The notes beneath the pieces were generated by a model. It was not told the origin of the DNA. It made no database searches and was given only the letters and a program-made list of their open reading frames with translations. Below are positions 47,210-56,903 of a stretch of DNA of 64,000 bases, one piece after another (position 1 is the first letter of the stretch; each line of letters begins with the position of its first letter). The DNA lies in the sequence record NC_006883.2. One strand, written 5' to 3'. A program made the position numbers and the translations under genes.

Positions 47210-47730
47210 GATTAGGAATTATGTGTTCTGGCAACGGAACCAACTTCGAGAACATAGTTACAAATCCATTATGCAGTAAACATGAAGTTGTATTGATGAT
47301 ACACAATACAAAGAAGTGTGGTGCTGTGGCAAGAGCAGCAAAGTATGGTATTCCTCATATAAGAATACCACATAAAGATGAAGATAAGATGATAGAACTC
47401 TTTAAAACTTGGAGAGTTGATCTTATCATACTAGCAGGTTATATGAGAGTGATTAAGAATCCTTCTGATTTTCCTTGTCCTATTATTAATATTCATCCAT
47501 CACTACTTCCAAAGTATAAAGGATTAAATGTAGTTCAGAGAGCGATGGAGGCAGGAGAACTTGTTACTGGATGTACTGTTCATTATGTTAATGAAGAATT
47601 GGATGGTGGTGAGATAATAATGCAAGGTGAGGTTCCTATATTACCAAATGATGATGTAGATTCATTAACTAAAGCTATACAACGGAAAGAATATGCTATA
47701 CTACCAGCAGCGATTGATTCATTAGGATAA
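47206..47730 (+). CDS. purN: Phosphoribosylglycinamide formyltransferase
   Basis: MCSGNGTNF, LAGYMRV, NIHPSLLPKYKG, GCTVHYV.EELDGGEII.Q. Confidence 0.96.
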   Translation: MRLGIMCSGNGTNFENIVTNPLCSKHEVVLMIHNTKKCGAVARAAKYGIPHIRIPHKDEDKMIELFKTWRVDLIILAGYMRVIKNPSDFPCPIINIHPSLLPKYKGLNVVQRAMEAGELVTGCTVHYVNEELDGGEIIMQGEVPILPNDDVDSLTKAIQRKEYAILPAAIDSLG

Positions 47731-47755
47731 ATAATTTCACTTATAAAGTTAATTT

Positions 47756-48055
47756 ATGCTATCCACTCAATACCGTTTAAGGTTGGAAGGAATATGTAAA
47801 GATATTGCTTCAGGGACAGAAGTTAGTTTAACAGATATGATCTGGGCTAACAAATTAGCAAAAGCAAATACAGCAGCAAGAGGTATGATGAATACCGCAA
47901 GAAGAATGAGTACAAACCCTACTGATTCTTTTCTGAATAGTTTGGATTTAGGAGACCCCGATTCAAACAATCACCGTAGGGGTTTTGGAGATCCACAAGA
48001 TGTTGTGGACTGGTTTCATCAAGAAAGATCGGACGATTGGAGGCAACGTGACTAA
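47756..48055 (+). CDS. Conserved cyanophage hypothetical protein
   Basis: MLSTQYRLRLEGIC...DWFHQERSDDWRQRD. Confidence 0.7.
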   Translation: MLSTQYRLRLEGICKDIASGTEVSLTDMIWANKLAKANTAARGMMNTARRMSTNPTDSFLNSLDLGDPDSNNHRRGFGDPQDVVDWFHQERSDDWRQRD

Positions 48056-48251
48056 AATGGCAAGAGGACAAAAATTAAAATTGACAGACATCATTTGTAG
48101 AATCATATCAACTGATGGTGAGGTTGACTTGAGTGAAAGAATATGGATGCACAACTTATGTGAGAGTAATGATGAAGCAAAAACAATGGCAGGTCAGATG
48201 CTATGCCCTGATTTCTATGACCCTGATGGGATAGATCCTGCCTTCTACTAG
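48048..48251 (+). CDS. Hypothetical protein
   Basis: GTG 48048 (or ATG 48057) coupled to the previous stop; DIICRIISTDGEVDL. Confidence 0.5.
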   Translation: MTKMARGQKLKLTDIICRIISTDGEVDLSERIWMHNLCESNDEAKTMAGQMLCPDFYDPDGIDPAFY

Positions 48252-48381
48252 GCATAAATTTTTGTTAAGTGTAGTTGATGATACGGACACATTTACCATA
48301 AATAATGATAGAATTAGAGGTAACAAGATGACCTGAACATTCTACATCATGGTCTATTAATTGTCGTTCAAGGAGTTTTTT

Positions 48382-48522
48382 ATGCACAACTTAATATCTT
48401 ATAATCAACTGTCATCTGAGGATGACCATGATGATTTACTAGCAGAATACTACGAGTGCTTAATCGACTGCGAAGACACTCATTCAACTTGTAAACGTAT
48501 ATGTAAGGAGGTTTTAGTTTAG
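48382..48522 (+). CDS. 46-aa four-cysteine microprotein (not in ORF track)
   Basis: MHNLISYNQLSSEDDHDDLLAEYYECLIDCEDTHSTCKRICKEVLV with AGGAG SD at 48371-48375. Confidence 0.75.
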   Translation: MHNLISYNQLSSEDDHDDLLAEYYECLIDCEDTHSTCKRICKEVLV

Positions 48523-48603
48523 AGGTTCAAGTAAACATTTCTATTCTAACATGACTATACACACACATCCACCTTAAGTAATTTCAAACAACCAAATATT
48601 CAG

Positions 48604-48639
48604 AAAACCCTTGACATATTATGTCAGGGGTTTTATAAT
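48604..48639 (+). promoter_or_regulatory. Sigma70-type promoter embedded in a 31-bp palindrome
   Basis: TTGACA (48611), 17 bp, TATAAT (48634); arms AAAACCCTTGACATA / TATGTCAGGGGTTTT. Confidence 0.8.
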
Positions 48640-48664
48640 GTTTATATTATAACTTCGACTTATA

Positions 48665-49213
48665 ATGCAATATCCAAAAGGCATAAATGTATATGATAAT
48701 TTTTTGAAAGAAGATGAATATGAACCTATAAGACAATATTTTCTTGATTATAGGAATGGATTTCGTGGGCATAAATGTCCTTGGTATTTGAATAATGGTG
48801 TTATCAAGAAGAATGATGGGTTAATGCAACTTATCAGTATGGCATATTTTAGATCTAGGATTATTAATCATGATATGTATGAGTTATTATCACCAATTTA
48901 TGACATAATAGATCCTATGGCATTGTATAGAATTAAAGCAAATTTAACTCTGAGTAATAAAATACAGGAAACAAATCCAGAAGATATGTTTCATACTGAT
49001 TCTGATAAGTGTATTGAAGGTGGTGAGTGTAATATGGTTACTGGAATATATTACATTAATACTAATGATGGATATACATTATTTAAAACTGGTGATAAAG
49101 TAGAGAGCGTAGCTAATAGATTTGTTACCTTTCCTTGTCATTATAAACATACTGGTGTTCCTGCCAGCACTAATGGTAGAATGGTTATAAATTATAATTG
49201 GTATATGAATTGA
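48665..49213 (+). CDS. 2OG-Fe(II) oxygenase-like protein
   Basis: RIKANL, FHTD (HxD), TGIYYINTNDGYT, SVANRFVTF...KHTG, RMVINYN. Confidence 0.8.
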   Translation: MQYPKGINVYDNFLKEDEYEPIRQYFLDYRNGFRGHKCPWYLNNGVIKKNDGLMQLISMAYFRSRIINHDMYELLSPIYDIIDPMALYRIKANLTLSNKIQETNPEDMFHTDSDKCIEGGECNMVTGIYYINTNDGYTLFKTGDKVESVANRFVTFPCHYKHTGVPASTNGRMVINYNWYMN

Positions 49214-49241
49214 GTTGTATTTTATTGAAGACTATAGTATA

Positions 49242-49451
49242 ATGTATGAACAAGCAACAGCAGAAATGAACAATCCCTTAAGTCCAGTTAAGATGGTAAG
49301 AGAGAGTTATTCAAGGTACTTACAAAAAAACTTTACTGAAGTTCAAGTACAGTTTAGAGATGAGGAACCAGCGTGGATACCTTATGATACATTATTAGCA
49401 ATTAAGGAGAATGAAGTTGAGTTTCAAAGGAGAGTAAAAAATGGTAGATGA
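49242..49451 (+). CDS. Hypothetical protein
   Basis: TEVQVQFRDEEPAWIPYDTL; start uncertain because a TATAAT lies at 49238. Confidence 0.55.
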   Translation: MYEQATAEMNNPLSPVKMVRESYSRYLQKNFTEVQVQFRDEEPAWIPYDTLLAIKENEVEFQRRVKNGR

Positions 49452-50160
49452 TTTCTTACCACCACAAGTACAGTTACCACCACCTAAAGAATTTTTCTTT
49501 AGAAATGCAATGTGGCTTGAACCACGGACTGGTGTATATTTTGAATTTGATATTGTTAAGTATGTTTCAAAACAAGAAATTTTCAATGACCAACCTCATT
49601 TCTGGGAAAAACTATGGAAAATTAGATTCTTAGGTTGCACAGATGAACAATTATCCAATCAACATCCTATTTTTGCAAAGAATATTAATGATATACTTGT
49701 TGTTGGACAACAATATAGTTTAAAAGATCATGCTAAGTTTTATTTTGATAAAGAATCTCAAAAAAATATTATAGGTCTTGAATTATATGGTTTAGAATTC
49801 TGTGGTTTATTTAATCCAGAATTTTTTGAAACTCTACACGAACCAAGTGTGTGTGTAGACAATCCATTTGAGATTATCTTGAAAAACCCACCAGATAAGT
49901 ATCCTGAATATGGGTCGGAAGAGTATTTGCAATTATTCAAAGAAACTGCTGGTAATTCTGTCGGTACTCATGGAGATAAAGAAATTGGTGGACATTTTGA
50001 TTATGTGAGTCATATAAGAGTGACAAGGAAACCAGAGGAATATCCTGAATGGTTGAAAGAGGAGGGTAAACCGTCCAAAGCAGTTAGGAGAAATAAACCT
50101 AAATCTATAGGTATTACAGATTATTTTAATCAACCCAAAAACAAAAATCCATTTAATTAA
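49441..50160 (+). CDS. Hypothetical protein
   Basis: 239-aa ORF with no recognised motif. Confidence 0.6.
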   Translation: MVDDFLPPQVQLPPPKEFFFRNAMWLEPRTGVYFEFDIVKYVSKQEIFNDQPHFWEKLWKIRFLGCTDEQLSNQHPIFAKNINDILVVGQQYSLKDHAKFYFDKESQKNIIGLELYGLEFCGLFNPEFFETLHEPSVCVDNPFEIILKNPPDKYPEYGSEEYLQLFKETAGNSVGTHGDKEIGGHFDYVSHIRVTRKPEEYPEWLKEEGKPSKAVRRNKPKSIGITDYFNQPKNKNPFN

Positions 50161-50172
50161 TATAGAACAAAA

Positions 50173-51876
<1,704 letters not shown>

Positions 51877-51880
<4 letters not shown>

Positions 51881-52194
51881 AACCACTATTTAAAGTTAGA
51901 GAGTTTGCTTGGGCAATAGTGTCTGAGGTTGAGGAATTGTTATATCCTTATCGAACTGATGATACAGAACCATTATGGGCAGAGAAAGATGTTGATGATG
52001 ATAGTGTAGTAACCTATATGAAAGCACAAATGGATGCTAACAACGATAGGATAGATCGACTACAATCTGAGATGCTTTATGTTACTTCCCAGATAAATGA
52101 TATAAATACTCACTTGGGAAAAAGTAAGAATAGTTCTAATGAAGGACAAGAAGGCAGCAAAACTATTACTGAAGAGGGCAAAGAAACATCCTGA
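51877..52194 (+). CDS. Hypothetical protein with coiled coil
   Basis: Coupled ORF. Confidence 0.55.
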
Positions 52195-52285
52195 ATGGTA
52201 TAGTAAGGATGAGATCAGGTATGCTAAAATAGTGAAGAGAAGAATTAAACTTGGAGAACATAATGAAGGACAGTTTGAGGATTAA
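52139..52285 (+). CDS. Small basic protein (48 aa; not in ORF track)
   Basis: MKDKKAAKLLLKRAKKHPEWYSKDEIRYAKIVK. Confidence 0.55.
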   Translation: MKDKKAAKLLLKRAKKHPEWYSKDEIRYAKIVKRRIKLGEHNEGQFED

Positions 52286-52451
52286 TAGAAGAGATGATGG
52301 TTCATTTGAGGTTGAGTGGGATAAAAATGATCCTAACTGGAAGTTTATGAACGGCTTGACATCCGAGGAGATAGAGAGTATAGTGCAAGAAGCAATCAAG
52401 CACGATCAGAATGAGCGACAGAGGCAACAACCGCAGTTATTCGTTGACTAA
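52263..52451 (+). CDS. Hypothetical protein
   Basis: DSLRINRRDDGSFEVEWDKNDPNW. Confidence 0.6.
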   Translation: MKDSLRINRRDDGSFEVEWDKNDPNWKFMNGLTSEEIESIVQEAIKHDQNERQRQQPQLFVD

Positions 52452-52899
52452 TTTGGAGGATGCAATAGAAGATGCTTTAACATCTGACTGCACCCCAGAA
52501 GAGATATATGATACTATAAGAACTACTCTTAGGAGGAATTTAACATATCATAGAATATGCGTAAGAACTGCTAATGAAGTGTTGCGTCTTGTTCATGGAA
52601 CTGAGCATAAGGATAAGGTTATTAATCTCCACGAAAGGGAATTAGATGATCTTTATGCTGGTGATTGTTTGGATGATCCTAATCGTTGGCCAGATTATAC
52701 AGAACTACCTGATGATAAGAGAACTAATACTTATCGTGAAGGAAAGGAAATGTCTTATCAAGATATGATTGATGCTGGTTATGAAATGACTGGTGACGGT
52801 ATCTGGTGGCCAAAGCAACAAGAAGAGGAGACACCCGACTATGACAATCCTTATGTTTGTGCTAAAATAGATGAACTCGCTGGAGACAACAGAAACTAA
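52411..52899 (+). CDS. Hypothetical protein
   Basis: 162-aa acidic ORF; MIDAGYEMTGDGIWWP. Confidence 0.6.
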   Translation: MSDRGNNRSYSLTNLEDAIEDALTSDCTPEEIYDTIRTTLRRNLTYHRICVRTANEVLRLVHGTEHKDKVINLHERELDDLYAGDCLDDPNRWPDYTELPDDKRTNTYREGKEMSYQDMIDAGYEMTGDGIWWPKQQEEETPDYDNPYVCAKIDELAGDNRN

Positions 52900-53087
52900 T
52901 GCTAGAAATTAACACTACCAAGAACAAAGAACTTGGTCTATGGGACATAACTGCTACCCTTACACTTCCACCAATTACGGTAACTAGATTAAAGAAAGAC
53001 AAGAATGATGTTGAGTATGAATTGCGTAATGCTTTCAGTGAAGTCATTCAAGAGATCGTAGAAAAGCATTGTGAGGAGGAACTGTAA
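52899..53087 (+). CDS. Hypothetical protein
   Basis: TAATG-coupled ORF. Confidence 0.55.
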   Translation: MLEINTTKNKELGLWDITATLTLPPITVTRLKKDKNDVEYELRNAFSEVIQEIVEKHCEEEL

Positions 53088-53323
53088 TGGCATTATCAAA
53101 TCAAGTTGAATATTCTCTACGAGAAGCACAGGAGGCATTGAGAAATTCTCTTGCCTTCTCTGCTAGAAATGAGAAACCCTATGTTAGTAAGCATATTGCT
53201 GATATGCTGGCAAATATAGAAAATCTTTTAGATGCTGTCGAGATTGTGGAAAAGATTGAGAACCGCAAGGATGGTGACAGTGGATTCTTTGGCACATACT
53301 TCGAGAAACCCGAAGAAGATTAA
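53087..53323 (+). CDS. Conserved cyanophage hypothetical protein
   Basis: MALSNQVEYSLREAQEALRNSLAFSARNEKP. Confidence 0.65.
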   Translation: MALSNQVEYSLREAQEALRNSLAFSARNEKPYVSKHIADMLANIENLLDAVEIVEKIENRKDGDSGFFGTYFEKPEED

Positions 53324-53393
53324 ATAAATATTAAGCATAACTAGATTTCCTAAGTAGTTATGTTATAATACCAACACAATCACTTTAGGGGCA

Positions 53394-53600
53394 ATGATTA
53401 ATCTCGATGAACGATACCTAGAGTATCTACACACCGATAAGAAGTTTAGTATAGATGGAACCAACGAGAAAGTTATTAACTACGGTTGGCATTGTGATGG
53501 AAACGAGATAAAGGGACACTACGTTACCACTAATAACCATAAATTATACTATAATATGAGTGGTGATTTCGTTAGAAAAGAGCAACTACAACTTGCTTGA
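53394..53600 (+). CDS. Conserved cyanophage hypothetical protein
   Basis: MINLDERYLEYL...YGWHCDG. Confidence 0.6.
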   Translation: MINLDERYLEYLHTDKKFSIDGTNEKVINYGWHCDGNEIKGHYVTTNNHKLYYNMSGDFVRKEQLQLA

Positions 53601-53635
53601 ACTAGAGATTACTCAAACGCAAATTCTGTTGGATT

Positions 53636-53902
53636 ATGACACACCCAAAACACGATTTAGAACACGAGGTCTATATTGACCCTAAAGATGGTAAAGAGCA
53701 TACTAATCATGGTATGCACGAATATACCAGAGAGGATTTAGAAAATGTTCACGCAGAGTATGATGAGTATCATAAAAGTGATGTAGTTGATCCTAATGAG
53801 GGAAAGATCAACGATTATCATACAAGGCACGAAGATTCCCATCTTGAAATCTACTGTGATAATCACCCTGATGCTGACGAGTGTAAAGTATATGACGACT
53901 AA
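53636..53902 (+). CDS. cp12: Calvin-cycle inhibitor CP12
   Basis: C-terminal LEIYCDNHPDADECKVYDD (C-x8-C GAPDH-binding loop); His/acid-rich N-terminus. Confidence 0.9.
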   Translation: MTHPKHDLEHEVYIDPKDGKEHTNHGMHEYTREDLENVHAEYDEYHKSDVVDPNEGKINDYHTRHEDSHLEIYCDNHPDADECKVYDD

Positions 53903-53914
53903 GTGGTTATAGCT

Positions 53915-53973
53915 TATGACACTTGTTAGAGTGGCACACAACCCCCTTTCAGGGGGTTTTTTATTGCTATAAT
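53915..53973 (+). promoter_or_regulatory. Palindrome-type early promoter, copy 3
   Basis: taTGACACTTgttaGAGTGGCACA, 29 nt, TATAAT (53968). Confidence 0.75.
53940..53962 (+). terminator. Terminator hairpin inside the promoter spacer
   Basis: AACCCCCT-TTC-AGGGGGTT-TTTT. Confidence 0.75.
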
Positions 53974-53998
53974 ATTAATATAGTTAAGCACTAAACCA

Positions 53999-54880
53999 AT
54001 GCCATTTGTTACTGAGGAATTGAGAAGTGCTATTACTGAAGCACGTCAATTTGAAGAGAATGAGAAGTATAATGATTCTGTTTGCATGAAGGAATGTAGT
54101 GGTGGAGTTAAGGAAAGCACCTTTAACAAATCACTAGAGAACATTGCTGAGTATGCTAGTGAGGATGATATAGCATTTTATAAGTTTGTCTATTCTCTAT
54201 TCTCAAAACCTAAGTGTTGCTTACCTAAAGGTCATAAAGGTAAGTGCAAAAGTAGTTACACTTCTTACTTTGCAAAAGCATTTGCAAATAAGATAAAAGA
54301 CTGTGATACTACGCCTGGCGATGATGATATTTTATTTAAGAATAGAGCAAGAAGAACTTATCCAGTTCAAGTTACAAAAGAAAATTATACTAAGTTAAAT
54401 GCAAAGTATAAGTGGAAAGGTAACAATGTTAAACTTAAAGCAGGTACACCAGTAGAGAATGGTGGAACTCCTTATACAATAGCAACAGCACATTTCGATT
54501 TTGCAGCAATACTAATGCTACAAAAAGATATTGAGCATAACTTACCTGAAGATGTAGAAGAGAAGTTAAAGGCAAGAGCAAAGGAGATTGTAAAGGAATT
54601 TGAGGATCAGCAAATTTATATTGTTGGCAAGGATGGTTACTTATGTGATCCAGTTTTAGGATTGACAATAGAAGCGAACTGGTATAATATAGATGATAAA
54701 CGTGATCCTAATCAAATACAATTTGGACACGTTAATCCGTTAAAATCTAACAAGTATATGACTAGGGGTGGTAATGTTTTACCAATTACAAGAAGAGGTA
54801 ATTTAATACAATCAGACACACCACTATCTAAAGTTAATGAGTTTATTAAAGATGCAGCAGCACACACTTCTCCAAGGTGA
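53999..54880 (+). CDS. Candidate HNH (beta-beta-alpha-Me) type II restriction endonuclease
   Basis: C-terminal QFGHVNP...GGNVLPITRRGNLIQSD; Zn-type CCLPKGHKGKC; stop overlaps the downstream MTase start. Confidence 0.55.
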   Translation: MPFVTEELRSAITEARQFEENEKYNDSVCMKECSGGVKESTFNKSLENIAEYASEDDIAFYKFVYSLFSKPKCCLPKGHKGKCKSSYTSYFAKAFANKIKDCDTTPGDDDILFKNRARRTYPVQVTKENYTKLNAKYKWKGNNVKLKAGTPVENGGTPYTIATAHFDFAAILMLQKDIEHNLPEDVEEKLKARAKEIVKEFEDQQIYIVGKDGYLCDPVLGLTIEANWYNIDDKRDPNQIQFGHVNPLKSNKYMTRGGNVLPITRRGNLIQSDTPLSKVNEFIKDAAAHTSPR

Positions 54881-55814
54881 TTGTTTAATTAGAATGAGGG
54901 AAGTTGAGGACAAGTCTGTTGATCTTGTTCTCATTGATCCACCATATAACATTGCTAAAGATGATTGGGATAACTTTGGTGTGACCAAAAAAGGTTATCA
55001 ACCAAAAGAATATTCTGGTGTATCTTATTATGAGTGGATGCAAGAAGTATTCATTGAAATTGATAGAGTATTAAAGGATAGTGGTTCATTCTGGTTCTTT
55101 CATAATGACTTCAGAATGATGGCAGAGTTGGATAGAAGGATAACTGACAATACTAATTTGGAATATAGAAACTTTATTGTATGGAATAAGTTATTCTCTG
55201 GATGTAAGCAAGAAGGTTTCTTAAATGGATTTGTTCAGGTTGAGGGACTTAATAACTTCCAAAAGATGGCAGAGTATATTCTATTCTACACTAAGAAGAA
55301 CTTACATTTGAAGTTGAGAGAACGTAGATTAGAGTTGGGTGTTAAATCTTCTGACATCAGTAAGGAGATACTAAGTAAAACTGGTAATGTGACTGGGTGG
55401 TATAGTAACATTGAAACTGGTAAGAACTATCCCACTAAAGAAACAATAAAACCAATTACAAAGCATCTTGGATTTACCTTAGATGATTTGGTTCCTAAGT
55501 TTTATAATCAAAGAACTCATCACTCAGTATGGCAGTATGATTTTGATTCTAAAAAGATGGGACATTTAACACCTAAACCGATAGAACTATTAAAGAATGT
55601 CATTCTACATTGTACTGATGAAGGGGATACTGTCCTTGATTGTTTTGGTGGTAGTGGAAGTACGGCAGTAGCATGTATAGAAACTAATAGAGATTACATT
55701 CTTATTGAGAGAGAAGAAAAGTATGTTAATATATCAAAGGAGAGAATCCAAAATGCTGTGCCAGTTGAGGAGGTGGCACACACCCAGTTGAATCCACTTG
55801 AACAGGTACTATAA
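54852..55814 (+). CDS. Beta-class N6-adenine DNA methyltransferase with an inserted Cro/C1 HTH
   Basis: LIDPPY (IV), FIVWNK, HLTPKPIEL, VLDCFGGSGST (I); LRERRLELG...YSNIETGKNYPT...ITKHLG HTH at about 55311-55490. Confidence 0.9.
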   Translation: MQQHTLLQGDCLIRMREVEDKSVDLVLIDPPYNIAKDDWDNFGVTKKGYQPKEYSGVSYYEWMQEVFIEIDRVLKDSGSFWFFHNDFRMMAELDRRITDNTNLEYRNFIVWNKLFSGCKQEGFLNGFVQVEGLNNFQKMAEYILFYTKKNLHLKLRERRLELGVKSSDISKEILSKTGNVTGWYSNIETGKNYPTKETIKPITKHLGFTLDDLVPKFYNQRTHHSVWQYDFDSKKMGHLTPKPIELLKNVILHCTDEGDTVLDCFGGSGSTAVACIETNRDYILIEREEKYVNISKERIQNAVPVEEVAHTQLNPLEQVL

Positions 55815-55815
55815 T
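55757..55815 (+). promoter_or_regulatory. Palindrome-type early promoter, copy 4 (inside MTase 3' end)
   Basis: TGTGCCAGTTgaggAGGTGGCACA, 29 nt, TATAAT (55810). Confidence 0.8.
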
Positions 55816-55822
55816 AGCAGTA

Positions 55823-55964
55823 TGGGAAACAAAAGAGGTTCCTAACTACCTGACAAGGTGGTGCAAGTTGTACGGTTTACCGAGAAATACACAAGCACCA
55901 ATAAGAAGCAGGACATTACCGTTGGGGTAAAAGAACACACAGTCACCTCTTTTTGTTTCTCTCA
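55823..55964 (+). ncRNA. Candidate structured RNA I (about 140 nt, 5' and 3' ends paired)
   Basis: GGAAACAAAAGAGGT pairs with ACCTCTTTTTGTTTCT; internal stems TGGTGC/GCACCA, CGG/CCG, TTACC/GGTAA; starts at the predicted TSS. Confidence 0.55.
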
Positions 55965-55991
55965 CCTTATCACTTTCTAGGCAAGGATCTA

Positions 55992-56095
55992 TGGTTGTCT
56001 CTGTTCAGCAGAGAAATTACGTCCTGTAAGTCCTTTACGAGGAGATGGATGTGCCTCTCGGTTCGCAACCGAAGAAAGAACTAACATCCCCATGG
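55992..56095 (+). ncRNA. Candidate structured RNA II / 5' leader
   Basis: Stems TCTCTG/CAGAGA, TCCTGTAA/TTAC-G-AGGA, GGATGT/ACATCC enclosing TCGGTT/AACCGA. Confidence 0.5.
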
Positions 56096-56116
56096 CTTTT
56101 TACTTTTTTATTACAA

Positions 56117-56566
56117 ATGGGAACTCGCTCACGCATAGGTCTACAACTTGAGGGACAGATCATTTCAGTATATCATCATTGGGATGGTTATCCTGAGTGG
56201 TTAGGAGTTACACTTAATAAGAAGTTTAACACAAGAGAGAAGGTTGAAGAGTTGATTGATGGAGGAGATATGTCCTCTTGTGACTCTGAGTATGGATGGG
56301 ATTACAATTATATTAATGGTGATGAAGTTAAGAGAGAAGTATCTGCACCCACATACTATTCAGAGAGAGGCGAGGACTGCCCACCAAAGATCTCTGAGTC
56401 AATCACAGAGTATCTTGACCAAACAGAGAGAACTGATGGTGAGTATGCTTACCTATTTGACAATGGTGAGTGGACTTGCTATGAGATAGGTCAGTATAAA
56501 CATGGTGGAGTGAAGGGTAAGATACTCGACATTCCAGCAGAGTTTCCAGCAAGAATGGCATTTTAG
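56117..56566 (+). CDS. Conserved phage early protein
   Basis: MGTRSRIG...SVYHHWDGYPEWLG...EYAYLF; start moved from 56045, which lies inside the RNA structure. Confidence 0.75.
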   Translation: MGTRSRIGLQLEGQIISVYHHWDGYPEWLGVTLNKKFNTREKVEELIDGGDMSSCDSEYGWDYNYINGDEVKREVSAPTYYSERGEDCPPKISESITEYLDQTERTDGEYAYLFDNGEWTCYEIGQYKHGGVKGKILDIPAEFPARMAF

Positions 56567-56626
56567 TATGCCACTTCAATAACTGGCACAAGGGTGGTTG
56601 ACCTACCACCCATAACACACTATAAT
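56567..56626 (+). promoter_or_regulatory. Palindrome-type early promoter, copy 5
   Basis: taTGCCACTTcaatAACTGGCACA, 30 nt (with hairpin GGGTGG/CCACCC and a TTGACC), TATAAT (56621). Confidence 0.8.
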
Positions 56627-56698
56627 AAGATCACTTGGCATTAAGCAATTCCTAGTCTTTTGACATAAATGGATACTCTTATGTAAGTCCAATACCCT

Positions 56699-56818
56699 AT
56701 TGAGAGATATGTGGTTCCATAGCCCCGATTAAGTTTGGGGGTTCAGGTGTAAGCGATTCCCTATGGGTAAATTTGGGCAGCATGGGTGAAACCCAGATCA
56801 TTGCCCCACTCTCTCAAT
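56699..56818 (+). ncRNA. Candidate structured RNA IIIa (multi-way junction)
   Basis: Closing stem ATTGAGAGA/TCTCTCAAT; internal TATG/CATA, GCCCCGA/TTGGGGG, GGGCA/TGCCC, TGGGT/ACCCA. Confidence 0.6.
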
Positions 56819-56825
56819 TTTTTCT

Positions 56826-56903
56826 TGTGGTATGACTTAGTACCTGTAATTAGACTCAGTAAATGGGTTAGGATCAGGTGAAGCACCTCTTGAGCATACC
56901 ACA
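56826..56903 (+). ncRNA. Candidate structured RNA IIIb (sister of IIIa)
   Basis: Closing stem TGTGGTATG/CATACCACA; AGGTG/CACCT hairpin; shares TGTAA, GAYTC, GTAAAT, GGG and GGTGAA with IIIa in the same order. Confidence 0.55.

Noticed and set aside
53289-53296. TGGCACA as a ninth palindrome copy
   Set aside because: No left half-site, and the nearest TATAAT is 67 nt away, not 28-30.
56045-56116. ORF-track start at 56045
   Set aside because: It lies inside the predicted RNA stems; the recognisable family N-terminus (MGTRSRIG) begins at 56117.
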